This document shows positions 37,301 through 52,300 of a DNA stretch of 64,000 nt, piece by piece. The DNA comes from Eledone cirrhosa (lineage: Eukaryota): assembly GCA_964016885.1 (NCBI GenBank), contig OZ024742.1:162006001-162070000 (forward strand), given 5' to 3'. The notes below the pieces were generated by a model that saw only the letters and a list, made by a program, of their open reading frames with translations, was not told where the DNA came from and searched no databases. The first letter of the stretch is position 1. Each line of letters opens with the position of its first letter. Both the position numbers and the translations under genes were made by a program.

Positions 37301-40300
37301 AGACCCAAACTAAACTACTAGCCTCAACAGACCCAAACTAAACTACTAGCTCTCTACAGACCCAAACTAAACTGCTAGCTCTCAACAGACCCAAACTAAA
37401 CTACTAGCTCTCTACAGACCCAAACTAAACTACTAGCTCTCTACAGACCCAAACAAAACTACTAGCCTCAACAGACCCAAACTAAACTACTAGCTCTCAA
37501 CAGACCCAAACTAAACTACTAGCTCTCTACAGACCCAAACTAAACTACTAGCCTCCACAGACCCAAAATAAACTACTAGCTCTCAACAGACCCAAACTAA
37601 ACTACTAGCTGTCTACAGACCCAAACTAAATTACTAGCCTCTCTACAGACCCAAACTAAACTACTAGCTCTCTACAGACCCAAACTAAACTACTAGCCTC
37701 AACAGACCCAAACTAAACTACTAGCTCTCTACAGACCCAAACTAAACTACTAGCTCTCTACAGACCCAAACTAAACTACTAGCTCTCTACAGACCCAAAC
37801 TAAACTACTAGCTCTCTACAGACCCAAACTAAACTACTAGCCTCAACAGACCCAAACTAAACTACTAGCCTCTACAGACCCAAACTAAACTACTAGTTCT
37901 CTACAGACCCAAACTAAACTACTAGCTCTCTACAGACCCAAACTAAACTACTAGCTCTCTACAGACCCAAACTAAACTACTAGCCTCAACAGACCCAAAC
38001 TAAACTACTAGCTCTCTACAGACCCAAACTAAACTACTAGCCTCAACAGACCCAAACTAAACTACTAGCTCTCTACAGACCCAAACTAAACTGCTAGCTC
38101 TCAACAGACCCAAACTAAACTACTAGCTCTCTACAGACCCAAACTAAACTACTAGCTCTCTACAGACCCAAACAAAACTACTAGCCTCAACAGACCCAAA
38201 CTAAACTACTAGCTCTCAACAGACCCAAACTAAACTACTAGCTCTCTACAGACCCAAACTAAACTACTAGCCTCCACAGACCCAAAATAAACTACTAGCT
38301 CTCAACAGACCCAAACTAAACTACTAGCTCTCTACAGACCCAAACTAAACTACTAGCCTCCACAGACCCAAAATAAACTACTAGCTCTCAACAGACCCAA
38401 ACTAAACTACTAGCTCTCAACAGACCCAAACTAAACTACTAGCCTCTCTACAGACCCTAACTAAACTACTAGCCTCTCTACAGACCCAAACTAAACTACT
38501 AGCCTCTCTCCACAGACCCAAACTAAACTACTAGCTCTCTACAGACCCAAACTAAATTACTAGCCTCTCTACAGACCCAAATTAAACTACTAGCTCTCTA
38601 CAGACCCAAACTAAACTACTAGCTCTCAACAGACCGAAACTAAACTACTAGCTCTCTACAGACCCAAACTAAACTACTAGCCTCGCTCCACAGACCCAAA
38701 CTAAACTACTAGCTCTCTACAGACCCAAACTAAATTACTAGCTTCTCTACAGACCCAAACTAAACTACTAGCTCTCTACAGACCCAAACTAAACTACTAG
38801 CTCTCAACAGACCCAAACTAAACAACTAGCTCTCTACAGACCCAAACTAAACTACTAGCTCTCTACAGACCCAAACTAAACTACTAGCCTCTCTCTACAG
38901 ACCCAAACTAAATTACTAGCCTCTCTACAGACCCAAACTAAACTACTAGCTCTCCACAGACCCAAACTAAACTACTAGCTCTCTACAGACCCAAACTAAA
39001 CTACTAGCCTCAACAGACCCAAACTAAACAACTAGCTCTCTACAGAACCAAACTAAACTACTAGCTCTCTACAGACCCAAACTAAACTACTAGTCTCAAC
39101 AGACCCAAACTAAACTACTAGTTCTCTACAGACCCAGACGAAACTACTAGCTCTATACAGACCCAAACTAAACTACTAGCTCTCTACAGACCCAAACTAA
39201 ACTACTAGCTCTCTACAGACCCAAACTAAACTACTAGCCTCAACAGACCCAAACTAAACTACTAGCTCTCTACAGACCCAAACTAAACTACTAGCTCTCA
39301 ACAGACCCAAACTAAACTACTAGCTCTCAACAGACCCAAACTAAACTACTAGCTCTCTACAGACCCAAACTAAACTACTAGCTCTCTACAGACCCAAACT
39401 AAACTACTAGCTCTCAACAGACCCAAACTAAACTACTAGCTCTCTACAGACCCAAACTAAACTACTAGCCTCTCTACAGACCCAAACTAAACTACTAGCC
39501 TCTCTACAGACCCAAACTAAACTACTAGCTCTCTACAGACCCAAACTAAACTACTAGCCTCCACAGACCCAAACTAAACTACTAGCTCTCAACAGACCCA
39601 AACTAAACTACTAGCTCTCTACAGACCCAAACTAAACTACTAGCTCTCTACAGACCCAAACTAAACTACTAGCTCTCTACAGACCCAAACTAAACTACTA
39701 GCCTCTCTACAGACCCAAACTAAACTACTAGCTCTCTACAGACCCAAACTAAACTACTAGCCTCTCTACAGACCCAAACTAAACTACTAGCCTCAACAGA
39801 CCCAAACTAAACTACTAGCTCTCTACAGACCCAAACTAAACTACGAGCTCTCTACAGACCCAAACTAAACTACTAGCTCTCTACAGACCCAAACTAAACT
39901 ACTAGCTCTCTACAGACCCAAACTAAACTACTAGCCTCAACAGACCCAAACTAAACTACTAGCCTCTACAGACCCAAACTAAACTACTAGTTCTCTACAG
40001 ACCCAAACTAAACTACTAGCTCTCTATAGACCCAAACTAAACTACTAGCTCTCTACAGACCCAAACTAAACTACTAGCCTCAACAGACCCAAACTAAACT
40101 ACTAGCTCTATACAGACCCAAACTAAACTACTAGCCTCAACAGACCCAAACTAAACTACTAGCTCTCTACAGACCCAAACTAAACTGCTAGCTCTCAACA
40201 GACCCAAACTAAACTACTAGCTCTCTACAGACCCAAACTAAACTACTAGCCTCCACAGACCCAAAATAAACTACTAGCTCTCAACAGACCCAAACTAAAC

Positions 40301-43300
40301 TACTAGCTCTCTACAGACCCAAACTAAACTACTAGCCTCCACAGACCCAAAATAAACTACTAGCTCTCTACAGACCCAAACTAAACTAATAGCTCTCAAC
40401 AGACCCAGACTAAACTACTAGCCTCTCTACAGACCCTAACTAAACTACTAGCCTCTCTACAGACCCAAACTAAACTACTAGCCTCTCTCCACAGACCCAA
40501 ACTAAACTACTAGCTCTCTACAGACCCAAACTAAATTACTAGCCTCTCTACAGACCCAAATTAAACTACTAGCTCTCTACAGACCCAAACTAAACTACTA
40601 GCTCTCAACAGACCCAAACTAAACTACTAGCTCTCTACAGACCCAAACTAAACTACTAGCCTCTCTACAGACCCAAACTAAACTACTAGCTCTCTACAGA
40701 CCCAAACTAAACTACTAGCCTCTCTACAGACCCAAACTAAACTACTAGCCTCTCTCCACAGACCCAAACTAAACTACTAGCTCTCTACAGACCCAAACTA
40801 AATTACTAGCCTCTCTACAGACCCAAACTAAACTACTAGCTCTCTACAGACCCAAACTAAACTACTAGCCTCAACAGACCCAAACTAAACTACTAGCTCT
40901 CTACAGACCCAAACTAAACTACTAGCTCTCTACAGACCCAAACTAAACTACTAGCTCTCTACAGACCCAAACTAAACTACTAGCTCTCTACAGACCCAAA
41001 CTAAACTACTAGCCTCAACAGATCCAAACTAAACTACTAGCCTCTACAGACCCAAACTAAACTACTAGCTCTCTACAGACCCAAACTAAACTACTAGCTC
41101 TCTACAGACCCAAACTAAACTACTAGCTCTCTACAGACCCAAACTAAACTACTAGCCTCAACAGACCCAAACTAAACTACTAGCTCTCTACAGACCCAAA
41201 CTAAACTGCTAGCTCTCAACAGACCCAAACTAAACTACTAGCTCTCTACAGACCCAAACTAAACTACTAGCTCTCTACAGACCCAAACAAAACTACTAGC
41301 CTCAACAGACCCAAACTAAACTACTAGCTCTCAACAGACCCAAACTAAACTACTAGCTCTCTACAGACCCAAACTAAACTACTAGCCTCCACAGACCCAA
41401 AATAAACTACTAGCTCTCAACAGACCCAAACTAAACTACTAGCTGTCTACAGACCCAAACTAAATTACTAGCCTCTCTACAGACCCAAACTAAACTACTA
41501 GCTCTCTACAGACCCAAACTAAACTACTAGCCTCAACAGACCCAAACTAAACTACTAGCTCTCTACAGACCCAAACTAAACTACTAGCTCTCTACAGACC
41601 CAAACTAAACTACTAGCTCTCTACAGACCCAAACTAAACTACTAGCTCTCTACAGACCCAAACTAAACTACTAGCCTCAACAGACCCAAACTAAACTACT
41701 AGCCTCTACAGACCCAAACTAAACTACTAGTTCTCTACAGACCCAAACTAAACTACTAGCTCTCTACAGACCCAAACTAAACTACTAGCTCTCTACAGAC
41801 CCAAACTAAACTACTAGCCTCAACAGACCCAAACTAAACTACTAGCTCTCTACAGACCCAAACTAAACTACTAGCCTCAACAGACCCAAACTAAACTACT
41901 AGCTCTCTACAGACCCAAACTAAACTGCTAGCTCTCTACAGACCCAAACTAAACTACTAGCTCTCTACAGACCCAAACTAAACTACTAGCTCTCTACAGA
42001 CCCAAACAAAACTACTAGCCTCAACAGACCCAAACTAAACTACTAGCTCTCAACAGACCCAAACTAAACTACTAGCTCTCTACAGACCCAAACTAAACTA
42101 CTAGCCTCCACAGACCCAAAATAAACTACTAGCTCTCAACAGACCCAAACTAAACTACTAGCTCTCTACAGACCCAAACTAAACTACTAGCCTCCACAGA
42201 CCCAAAATAAACTACTAGCTCTCAACAGACCCAAACTAAACAACTAGCTCTCAACAGACCCAAACTAAACTACTAGCCTCTCTACAGACCCTAACTAAAC
42301 TACTAGCCTCTCTACAGACCCAAACTAAACTACTAGCCTCTCTCCACAGACCCAAACTAAACTACTAGCTCTCTACAGACCCAAACTAAATTACTAGCCT
42401 CTCTACAGACCCAAATTAAACTACTAGCTCTCTACAGACCCAAACTAAACTACTAGCTCTGAACAGACCGAAACTAAACTACTAGCTCTCTACAGACCCA
42501 AACTAAACTACTAGCCTCTCTACAGACCCAAACTAAACTACTAGCTCTCTACAGACCCAAACTAAACTACTAGCCTCTCTACAGACCCAAACTAAACTAC
42601 TAGCCTCTCTCCACAGACCCAAACTAAACTACTAGCTCTCTACAGACCCAAACTAAATTACTAGCCTCTCTACAGACCCAAACTAAACTACTAGCTCTCT
42701 ACAGACCCAAACTAAACTACTAGCTCTCTACAGACCCAAACTAAACTACTAGCTCTCTACAGACCCAAACTAAACTACTAGCTCTCTACAGACCCAAACT
42801 AAACTACTAGCTCTCTACAGACCCAAACTAAACTACTACCCTCAACAGACCCAAACTAAACTACTAGCCTCTACAGACCCAAACTAAACTACTAGTTCTC
42901 TACAGACCCAAACTAAACTACTAGCTCTCTACAGACCCAAACTAAACTACTAGCTCTCTACAGACCCAAACTAAACTACTAGCCTCTCTACAGACCCAAA
43001 CTAAACTACTAGCTCTCTACAGACCCAAACTAAACTACTAGCCTCTCTACAGACCCAAACTAAACTACTAGCCTCTCTCCACAGACCCAAACTAAACTAC
43101 TAGCTCTCTACAGACCCAAACTAAATTACTAGCCTCTCTACAGACCCAAACTAAACTACTAGCTCTCAACAGACCCAAACTAAACTACTAGCTTTCTACA
43201 GACCCAAACTAAACTACTAGCTGTCTACAGACCCAAACTAAACTACTAGCCTCTCTACAGACCCAAACTAAACTACTAGCCTCTCTACAGACCCAAACTA

Positions 43301-46300
43301 AACTACTAGCCTCTCTACAGACCCAAACTAAACTACTAGCCTCGCTCCACAGACCCAAACTAAACTACTAGCTCTCTACAGACCCAAACTAAATTACTAG
43401 CCTCTCTACAGACCCAAACTAAACTACTAGCTCTCTACAGACCCAAACTAAACTACTAGCTCTCAACAGACCCAAACTAAACAACTAGCTCTCTACAGAC
43501 CCAAACTAAACTACTAGCCTCTCTCTACAGACCCAAACTAAATTACTAGCCTCTCTACAGACCCAAACTAAACTACTAGCTCTCCACAGACCCAAACTAA
43601 ACTACTAGCTCTCTTCAGACCCAAACTAAACTACTAGCCTCAACAGACCCAAACTAAACAACTAGCTCTCTACAGACCCAAACTAAACTACTAGCTCTCT
43701 ACAGACTCAAACTAAACTACTAGCTCTCTACAGACCCAAACTAAACTACTAGTCTCAACAGACCCAAACTAAACTACTAGTTCTCTACAGACCCAGACTA
43801 AACTACTAGCTCTATACAGACCCAAACTAAACTACTAGCTCTCTACAGACCCAAACTAAACTACTAGCTCTCTACAGACCCAAACTAAACTACTAGCCTC
43901 AACAGACCCAAACTAAACTACTAGCTCTCTACAGACCCAAACTAAACTACTAGCTCTCAACAGACCCAAACTAAACTACTAGCTCTCAACAGACCCAAAC
44001 TAAACTACTAGCTCTCTACAGACCCAAACTAAACTACTAGCTCTCTACAGACCCAAACTAAACTACTAGCTCTCAACAGACCCAAACTAAACTACTAGCT
44101 CTCTACAGACCCAAACTAAACTACTAGCCTCTCTACAGACCCAAACTAAACTACTAGCCTCTCTACAGACCCAAACTAAACTACTAGCTCTCTACAGACC
44201 CAAACTAAACTACTAGCCTCCACAGACCCAAACTAAACTACTAGCTCTCAACAGACCCAAACTAAACTACTAGCTCTCTACAGACCCAAACTAAACTACT
44301 AGCTCTCTACAGACCCAAACTAAACTACTAGCTCTCTACAGACCCAAACTAAACTACTAGCCTCTCTACAGACCCAAACTAAACTACTAGCTCTCTACAG
44401 ACCCAAACTAAACTACTAGCCTCTCTACAGACCCAAACTAAACTACTAGCCTCTCTCCACAGACCCAAACTAAACTACTAGCTCTCTACAGACCGAAACT
44501 AAATTACTAGCCTCTCTACAGACCCAAACTAAACTACTAGCTCTCTACAGACCCAAACTAAACTACTAGCCTCAACAGACCCAAACTAAACTACTAGCTC
44601 TCTACAGACCCAAACTAAACTACTAGCTCTCTACAGACCCAAACTAAACTACTAGCTCTCTACAGACCCAAACTAAACTACTAGCTCTCTACAGACCCAA
44701 ACTAAACTACTAGCCTCAACAGACCCAAACTAAACTACTAGCCTCTACAGACCCAAACTAAACTACTAGTTCTCTACAGACCCAAACTAAACTACTAGCT
44801 CTCTACAGACCCAAACTAAACTACTAGCTCTCTACAGACCCAAACTAAACTACTAGCTCTCTACAGACCCAAACTAAACTACTAGCCTCAACAGACCCAA
44901 ACTAAACTACTAGCTCTGTACAGACCCAAACTAAACTACTAGCCTCAACAGACCCAAACTAAACTACTAGCTCTCTACAGACCCAAACTAAACTGCTAGC
45001 TCTCAACAGACCCAAACTAAACTACTAGCTCTCAACAGACCCAAAATAAACTACTAGCTCTCTACAGACCCAAACTAAACTACTAGCTCTCTACAGACCC
45101 AAACAAAACTACTAGCCTCAACAGACCCAAACTAAACTACTATCTCTCAACAGACCCAAACTAAACTACTAGCTCTCTACAGACCCAAACTAAACTACTA
45201 GCCTCCACAGACCCAAAATAAACTACTAGCTCTCAACAGACCCAAACTAAACTACTAGCTCTCTACAGACCCAAACTAAACTACTAGCCTCCACAGACCC
45301 AAAATAAACTACTAGCTCTCAACAGACCCAAACTAAACTACTAGCTCTCAACAGACCCAAACTAAACTACTAGCCTCTCTACAGACCCTAACTAAACTAC
45401 TAGCCTCTCTACAGACCCAAACTAAACTACTAGCCTCTCTCCACAGACCCAAACTAAACTACTAGCTCTCTACAGACCCAAACTAAATTACTAGCCTCTC
45501 TACAGACCCAAATTAAACTACTAGCTCTCTACAGACCCAAACTAAACTACTAGCTCTCAACAGACCCAAACTAAACTACTAGCTCTCTACAGACCCAAAC
45601 TAAACTACTAGCCTCTCTACAGACCCAAACTAAACTACTAGCTCTCTACAGACCCAAACTAAACTACTAGCCTCTCTACAGACCCAAACTAAACTACTAG
45701 CCTCTCTCCACAGACCCAAACTAAACTACTAGCTCTCTACAGACTCAAACTAAATTACTAGCCTCTCTACAGACCCAAACTAAACTACTAGCTCTCTACA
45801 GACCCAAACTAAACTACTAGCCTCAACAGACCCAAACTAAACTACTAGCTCTCTACAGACCCAAACTAAACTACTAGCTCTCTACAGACCCAAACTAAAC
45901 TACTAGCTCTCTACAGACCCAAACTAAACTACTAGCCTCTCTACAGACCCTAACTAAACTACTAGCCTCTCTACAGACCCAAACTAAACTACTAGCTCTC
46001 TACAGACCCAAACTAAACTACTAGCTCTCAACAGACCCAAACTAAACTACTAGCCTCTCTACAGACCCTAACTAAACTACTAGCCTCTCTACAGACCCAA
46101 ACTAAACTACTAGCCTCTCTCCACAGACCCAAACTAAACTACTAGCTCTCTACAGACCCAAACTAAATTACTAGCCTCTCTACAGACCCAAATTAAACTA
46201 CTAGCTCTCTACAGACCCAAACTAAACTACTAGCTCACAACAGACCCAAACTAAACTACGAGCTCTCTACAGACCCAAACTAAACTACTAGCTTTCTACA

Positions 46301-49300
46301 GACCCAAACTAAACTACTAGCTCTCTACAGACCCAAACTAAACTACTAGCCTCTCTACAGACCCAAACTAAACTACTAGCCTCTCTACAGACCCAAACTA
46401 AACTACTAGCCTCGCTCCACAGACCCAAACTAAACTACTAGCTCTCTACAGACCCAAACTAAATTACTAGCTTCTCTACAGACCCAAACTAAACTACTAG
46501 CTCTCTACAGACCCAAACTAAACTACTAGCTCTCAACAGACCCAAACTAAACAACTAGCTCTCTACAGACCCAAACTAAACTACTAGCTCTCTACAGACC
46601 CAAACCAAACTACTAGCCTCTCTCTACAGACCCAAACTAAATTACTAGCCTCTCTACAGACCCAAACTAAGCTACTAGCTCTCCACAGACCCAAACTAAA
46701 CTACTAGCTCTCTACAGACCCAAACTAAACTACTAGCCTCAACAGACCCAAACTAAACAACTAGCTCTCTACAGACCCAAACTAAACTACTAGCTCTCTA
46801 CAGACCCAAACTAAACTACTAGTCTCAACAGACCCAAACTAAACTACTAGTTCTCTACAGACCCAGACGAAACTACTAGCTCTATACAGACCCAAACTAA
46901 ACTACTAGCTCTCTACAGACCCAAACTAAACTACTAGCTCTCTACAGACCCAAACTAAACTACTAGCCTCAACAGACCCAAACTAAACTACTAGCTCTCT
47001 ACAGACCCAAACTAAACTACTAGCTCTCAACAGACCCAAACTAAACTACTAGCTCTCAACAGACCCAAACTAAACTACTAGCTCTCTACAGACCCAAACT
47101 AAACTACTAGCTCTCTACAGACCCAAACTAAACTACTAGCTCTCAACAGACCCAAACTAAACTACTAGCTCTCTACAGACCCAAACTAAACTACTAGCCT
47201 CTCTACAGACCCAAACTAAACTACTAGCCTCTCTACAGACCCAAACTAAACTACTAGCTCTCTACAGACCCAAACTAAACTACTAGCCTCCACAGACCCA
47301 AACTAAACTACTAGCTCTCAACAGACCCAAACTAAACTACTAGCTCTCTACAGACCCAAACTAAACTACTAGCTCTCTACAGACCCAAACTAAACTACTA
47401 GCTCTCTACAGACCCAAACTAAACTACTAGCCTCTCTACAGACCCAAACTAAACTACTAGCTCTCTACAGACCCAAACTAAACTACTAGCCTCTCTACAG
47501 ACCCAAACTAAACTACTAGCCTCAACAGACCCAAACTAAACTACTAGCTCTCTACAGACCCAAACTAAACTACGAGCTCTCTACAGACCCAAACTAAACT
47601 ACTAGCTCTCTACAGACCCAAACTAAACTACTAGCTCTCTACAGACCCAAACTAAACTACTAGCCTCAACAGACCCAAACTAAACTACTAGCCTCTACAG
47701 ACCCAAACTAAACTACTAGTTCTCTACAGACCCAAACTAAACTACTAGCTCTCTATAGACCCAAACTAAACTACTAGCTCTCTACAGACCCAAACTAAAC
47801 TACTAGCCTCAACAGACCCAAACTAAACTACTAGCTCTATACAGACCCAAACTAAACTACTAGCCTCAACAGACCCAAACTAAACTACTAGCTCTCTACA
47901 GACCCAAACTAAACTGCTAGCTCTCAACAGACCCAAACTAAACTACTAGCTCTCTACAGACCCAAACTAAACTACTAGCCTCCACAGACCCAAAATAAAC
48001 TACTAGCTCTCAACAGACCCAAACTAAACTACTAGCTCTCTACAGACCCAAACTAAACTACTAGCCTCCACAGACCCAAAATAAACTACTAGCTCTCTAC
48101 AGACCCAAACTAAACTACTAGCTCTCAACAGACCCAGACTAAACTACTAGCCTCTCTACAGACCCTAACTAAACTACTAGCCTCTCTACAGACCCAAACT
48201 AAACTACTAGCCTCTCTCCACAGACCCAAACTAAACTACTAGCTCTCTACAGACCCAAACTAAATTACTAGCCTCTCTACAGACCCAAATTAAACTACTA
48301 GCTCTCTACAGACCCAAACTAAACTACTAGCTCTCAACAGACCCAAACTAAACTACTAGCTCTCTACAGACCCAAACTAAACTACTAGCCTCTCTACAGA
48401 CCCAAACTAAACTACTAGCTCTCTACAGACCCAAACTAAACTACTAGCCTCTCTACAGACCCAAACTGAACTACTAGCCTCTCTCCACAGACCCAAACTA
48501 AACTACTAGCTCTCTACAGACCCAAACTAAATTACTAGCCTCTCTACAGACCCAAACTAAACTACTAGCTCTCTACAGACCCAAACTAAACTACTAGCCT
48601 CAACAGACCCAAACTAAACTACTAGCTCTCTACAGACCCAAACTAAACTACTAGCTCTCTACAGACCCAAACTAAACTACTAGCTCTCTACAGACCCAAA
48701 CTAAACTACTAGCTCTCTACAGACCCAAACTAAACTACTAGCCTCAACAGATCCAAACTAAACTACTAGCCTCTACAGACCCAAACTAAACTACTAGTTC
48801 TCTACAGACCCAAACTAAACTACTAGCTCTCTACAGACCCAAACTAAACTACTAGCTCTCTACAGACCCAAACTAAACTACTAGCCTCAACAGACCCAAA
48901 CTAAACTACTAGCTCTCTACAGACCCAAACTAAACTGCTAGCTCTCAACAGACCCAAACTAAACTACTAGCTCTCTACAGACCCAAACTAAACTACTAGC
49001 TCTCTACAGACCCAAACAAAACTACTAGCCTCAACAGACCCAAACTAAACTACTAGCTCTCAACAGACCCAAACTAAACTACTAGCTCTCTACAGACCCA
49101 AACTAAACTACTAGCCTCCACAGACCCAAAATAAACTACTAGCTCTCAACAGACCCAAACTAAACTACTAGCTGTCTACAGACCCAAACTAAATTACTAG
49201 CCTCTCTACAGACCCAAACTAAACTACTAGCTCTCTACAGACCCAAACTAAACTACTAGCCTCAACAGACCCAAACTAAACTACTAGCTCTCTACAGACC

Positions 49301-52300
49301 CAAACTAAACTACTAGCTCTCTACAGACCCAAACTAAACTACTAGCTCTCTACAGACCCAAACTAAACTACTAGCTCTCTACAGACCCAAACTAAACTAC
49401 TAGCCTCAACAGACCCAAACTAAACTACTAGCCTCTACAGACCCAAACTAAACTACTAGTTCTCTACAGACCCAAACTAAACTACTAGCTCTCTACAGAC
49501 CCAAACTAAACTACTAGCTCTCTACAGACCCAAACTAAACTACTAGCCTCAACAGACCCAAACTAAACTACTAGCTCTCTACAGACCCAAACTAAACTAC
49601 TAGCCTCAACAGACCCAAACTAAACTACTAGCTCTCTACAGACCCAAACTAAACTGCTAGCTCTCAACAGACCCAAACTAAACTACTAGCTCTCTACAGA
49701 CCCAAACTAAACTACTAGCTCTCTACAGACCCAAACAAAACTACTAGCCTCAACAGACCCAAACTAAACTACTAGCTCTCAACAGACCCAAACTAAACTA
49801 CTAGCTCTCTACAGACCCAAACTAAACTACTAGCCTCCACAGACCCAAAATAAACTACTAGCTCTCAACAGACCCAAACTAAACTACTAGCTCTCTACAG
49901 ACCCAAACTAAACTACTAGCCTCCACAGACCCAAAATAAACTACTAGCTCTCAACAGACCCAAACTAAACTACTAGCTCTCAACAGACCCAAACTAAACT
50001 ACTAGCCTCTCTACAGACCCTAACTAAACTACTAGCCTCTCTACAGACCCAAACTAAACTACTAGCCTCTCTCCACAGACCCAAACTAAACTACTAGCTC
50101 TCTACAGACCCAAACTAAATTACTAGCCTCTCTACAGACCCAAATTAAACTACTAGCTCTCTACAGACCCAAACTAAACTACTAGCTCTCAACAGACCGA
50201 AACTAAACTACTAGCTCTCTACAGACCCAAACTAAACTACTAGCCTCGCTCCACAGACCCAAACTAAACTACTAGCTCTCTACAGACCCAAACTAAATTA
50301 CTAGCTTCTCTACAGACCCAAACTAAACTACTAGCTCTCTACAGACCCAAACTAAACTACTAGCTCTCAACAGACCCAAACTAAACAACTAGCTCTCTAC
50401 AGACCCAAACTAAACTACTAGCTCTCTACAGACCCAAACTAAACTACTAGCCTCTCTCTACAGACCCAAACTAAATTACTAGCCTCTCTACAGACCCAAA
50501 CTAAACTACTAGCTCTCCACAGACCCAAACTAAACTACTAGCTCTCTACAGACCCAAACTAAACTACTAGCCTCAACAGACCCAAACTAAACAACTAGCT
50601 CTCTACAGAACCAAACTAAACTACTAGCTCTCTACAGACCCAAACTAAACTACTAGTCTCAACAGACCCAAACTAAACTACTAGTTCTCTACAGACCCAG
50701 ACGAAACTACTAGCTCTATACAGACCCAAACTAAACTACTAGCTCTCTACAGACCCAAACTAAACTACTAGCTCTCTACAGACCCAAACTAAACTACTAG
50801 CCTCAACAGACCCAAACTAAACTACTAGCTCTCTACAGACCCAAACTAAACTACTAGCTCTCAACAGACCCAAACTAAACTACTAGCTCTCAACAGACCC
50901 AAACTAAACTACTAGCTCTCTACAGACCCAAACTAAACTACTAGCTCTCTACAGACCCAAACTAAACTACTAGCTCTCAACAGACCCAAACTAAACTACT
51001 AGCTCTCTACAGACCCAAACTAAACTACTAGCCTCTCTACAGACCCAAACTAAACTACTAGCCTCTCTACAGACCCAAACTAAACTACTAGCTCTCTACA
51101 GACCCAAACTAAACTACTAGCCTCCACAGACCCAAACTAAACTACTAGCTCTCAACAGACCCAAACTAAACTACTAGCTCTCTACAGACCCAAACTAAAC
51201 TACTAGCTCTCTACAGACCCAAACTAAACTACTAGCTCTCTACAGACCCAAACTAAACTACTAGCCTCTCTACAGACCCAAACTAAACTACTAGCTCTCT
51301 ACAGACCCAAACTAAACTACTAGCCTCTCTACAGACCCAAACTAAACTACTAGCCTCAACAGACCCAAACTAAACTACTAGCTCTCTACAGACCCAAACT
51401 AAACTACGAGCTCTCTACAGACCCAAACTAAACTACTAGCTCTCTACAGACCCAAACTAAACTACTAGCTCTCTACAGACCCAAACTAAACTACTAGCCT
51501 CAACAGACCCAAACTAAACTACTAGCCTCTACAGACCCAAACTAAACTACTAGTTCTCTACAGACCCAAACTAAACTACTAGCTCTCTATAGACCCAAAC
51601 TAAACTACTAGCTCTCTACAGACCCAAACTAAACTACTAGCCTCAACAGACCCAAACTAAACTACTAGCTCTATACAGACCCAAACTAAACTACTAGCCT
51701 CAACAGACCCAAACTAAACTACTAGCTCTCTACAGACCCAAACTAAACTGCTAGCTCTCAACAGACCCAAACTAAACTACTAGCTCTCTACAGACCCAAA
51801 CTAAACTACTAGCCTCCACAGACCCAAAATAAACTACTAGCTCTCAACAGACCCAAACTAAACTACTAGCTCTCTACAGACCCAAACTAAACTACTAGCC
51901 TCCACAGACCCAAAATAAACTACTAGCTCTCTACAGACCCAAACTAAACTAATAGCTCTCAACAGACCCAGACTAAACTACTAGCCTCTCTACAGACCCT
52001 AACTAAACTACTAGCCTCTCTACAGACCCAAACTAAACTACTAGCCTCTCTCCACAGACCCAAACTAAACTACTAGCTCTCTACAGACCCAAACTAAATT
52101 ACTAGCCTCTCTACAGACCCAAATTAAACTACTAGCTCTCTACAGACCCAAACTAAACTACTAGCTCTCAACAGACCCAAACTAAACTACTAGCTCTCTA
52201 CAGACCCAAACTAAACTACTAGCCTCTCTACAGACCCAAACTAAACTACTAGCTCTCTACAGACCCAAACTAAACTACTAGCCTCTCTACAGACCCAAAC

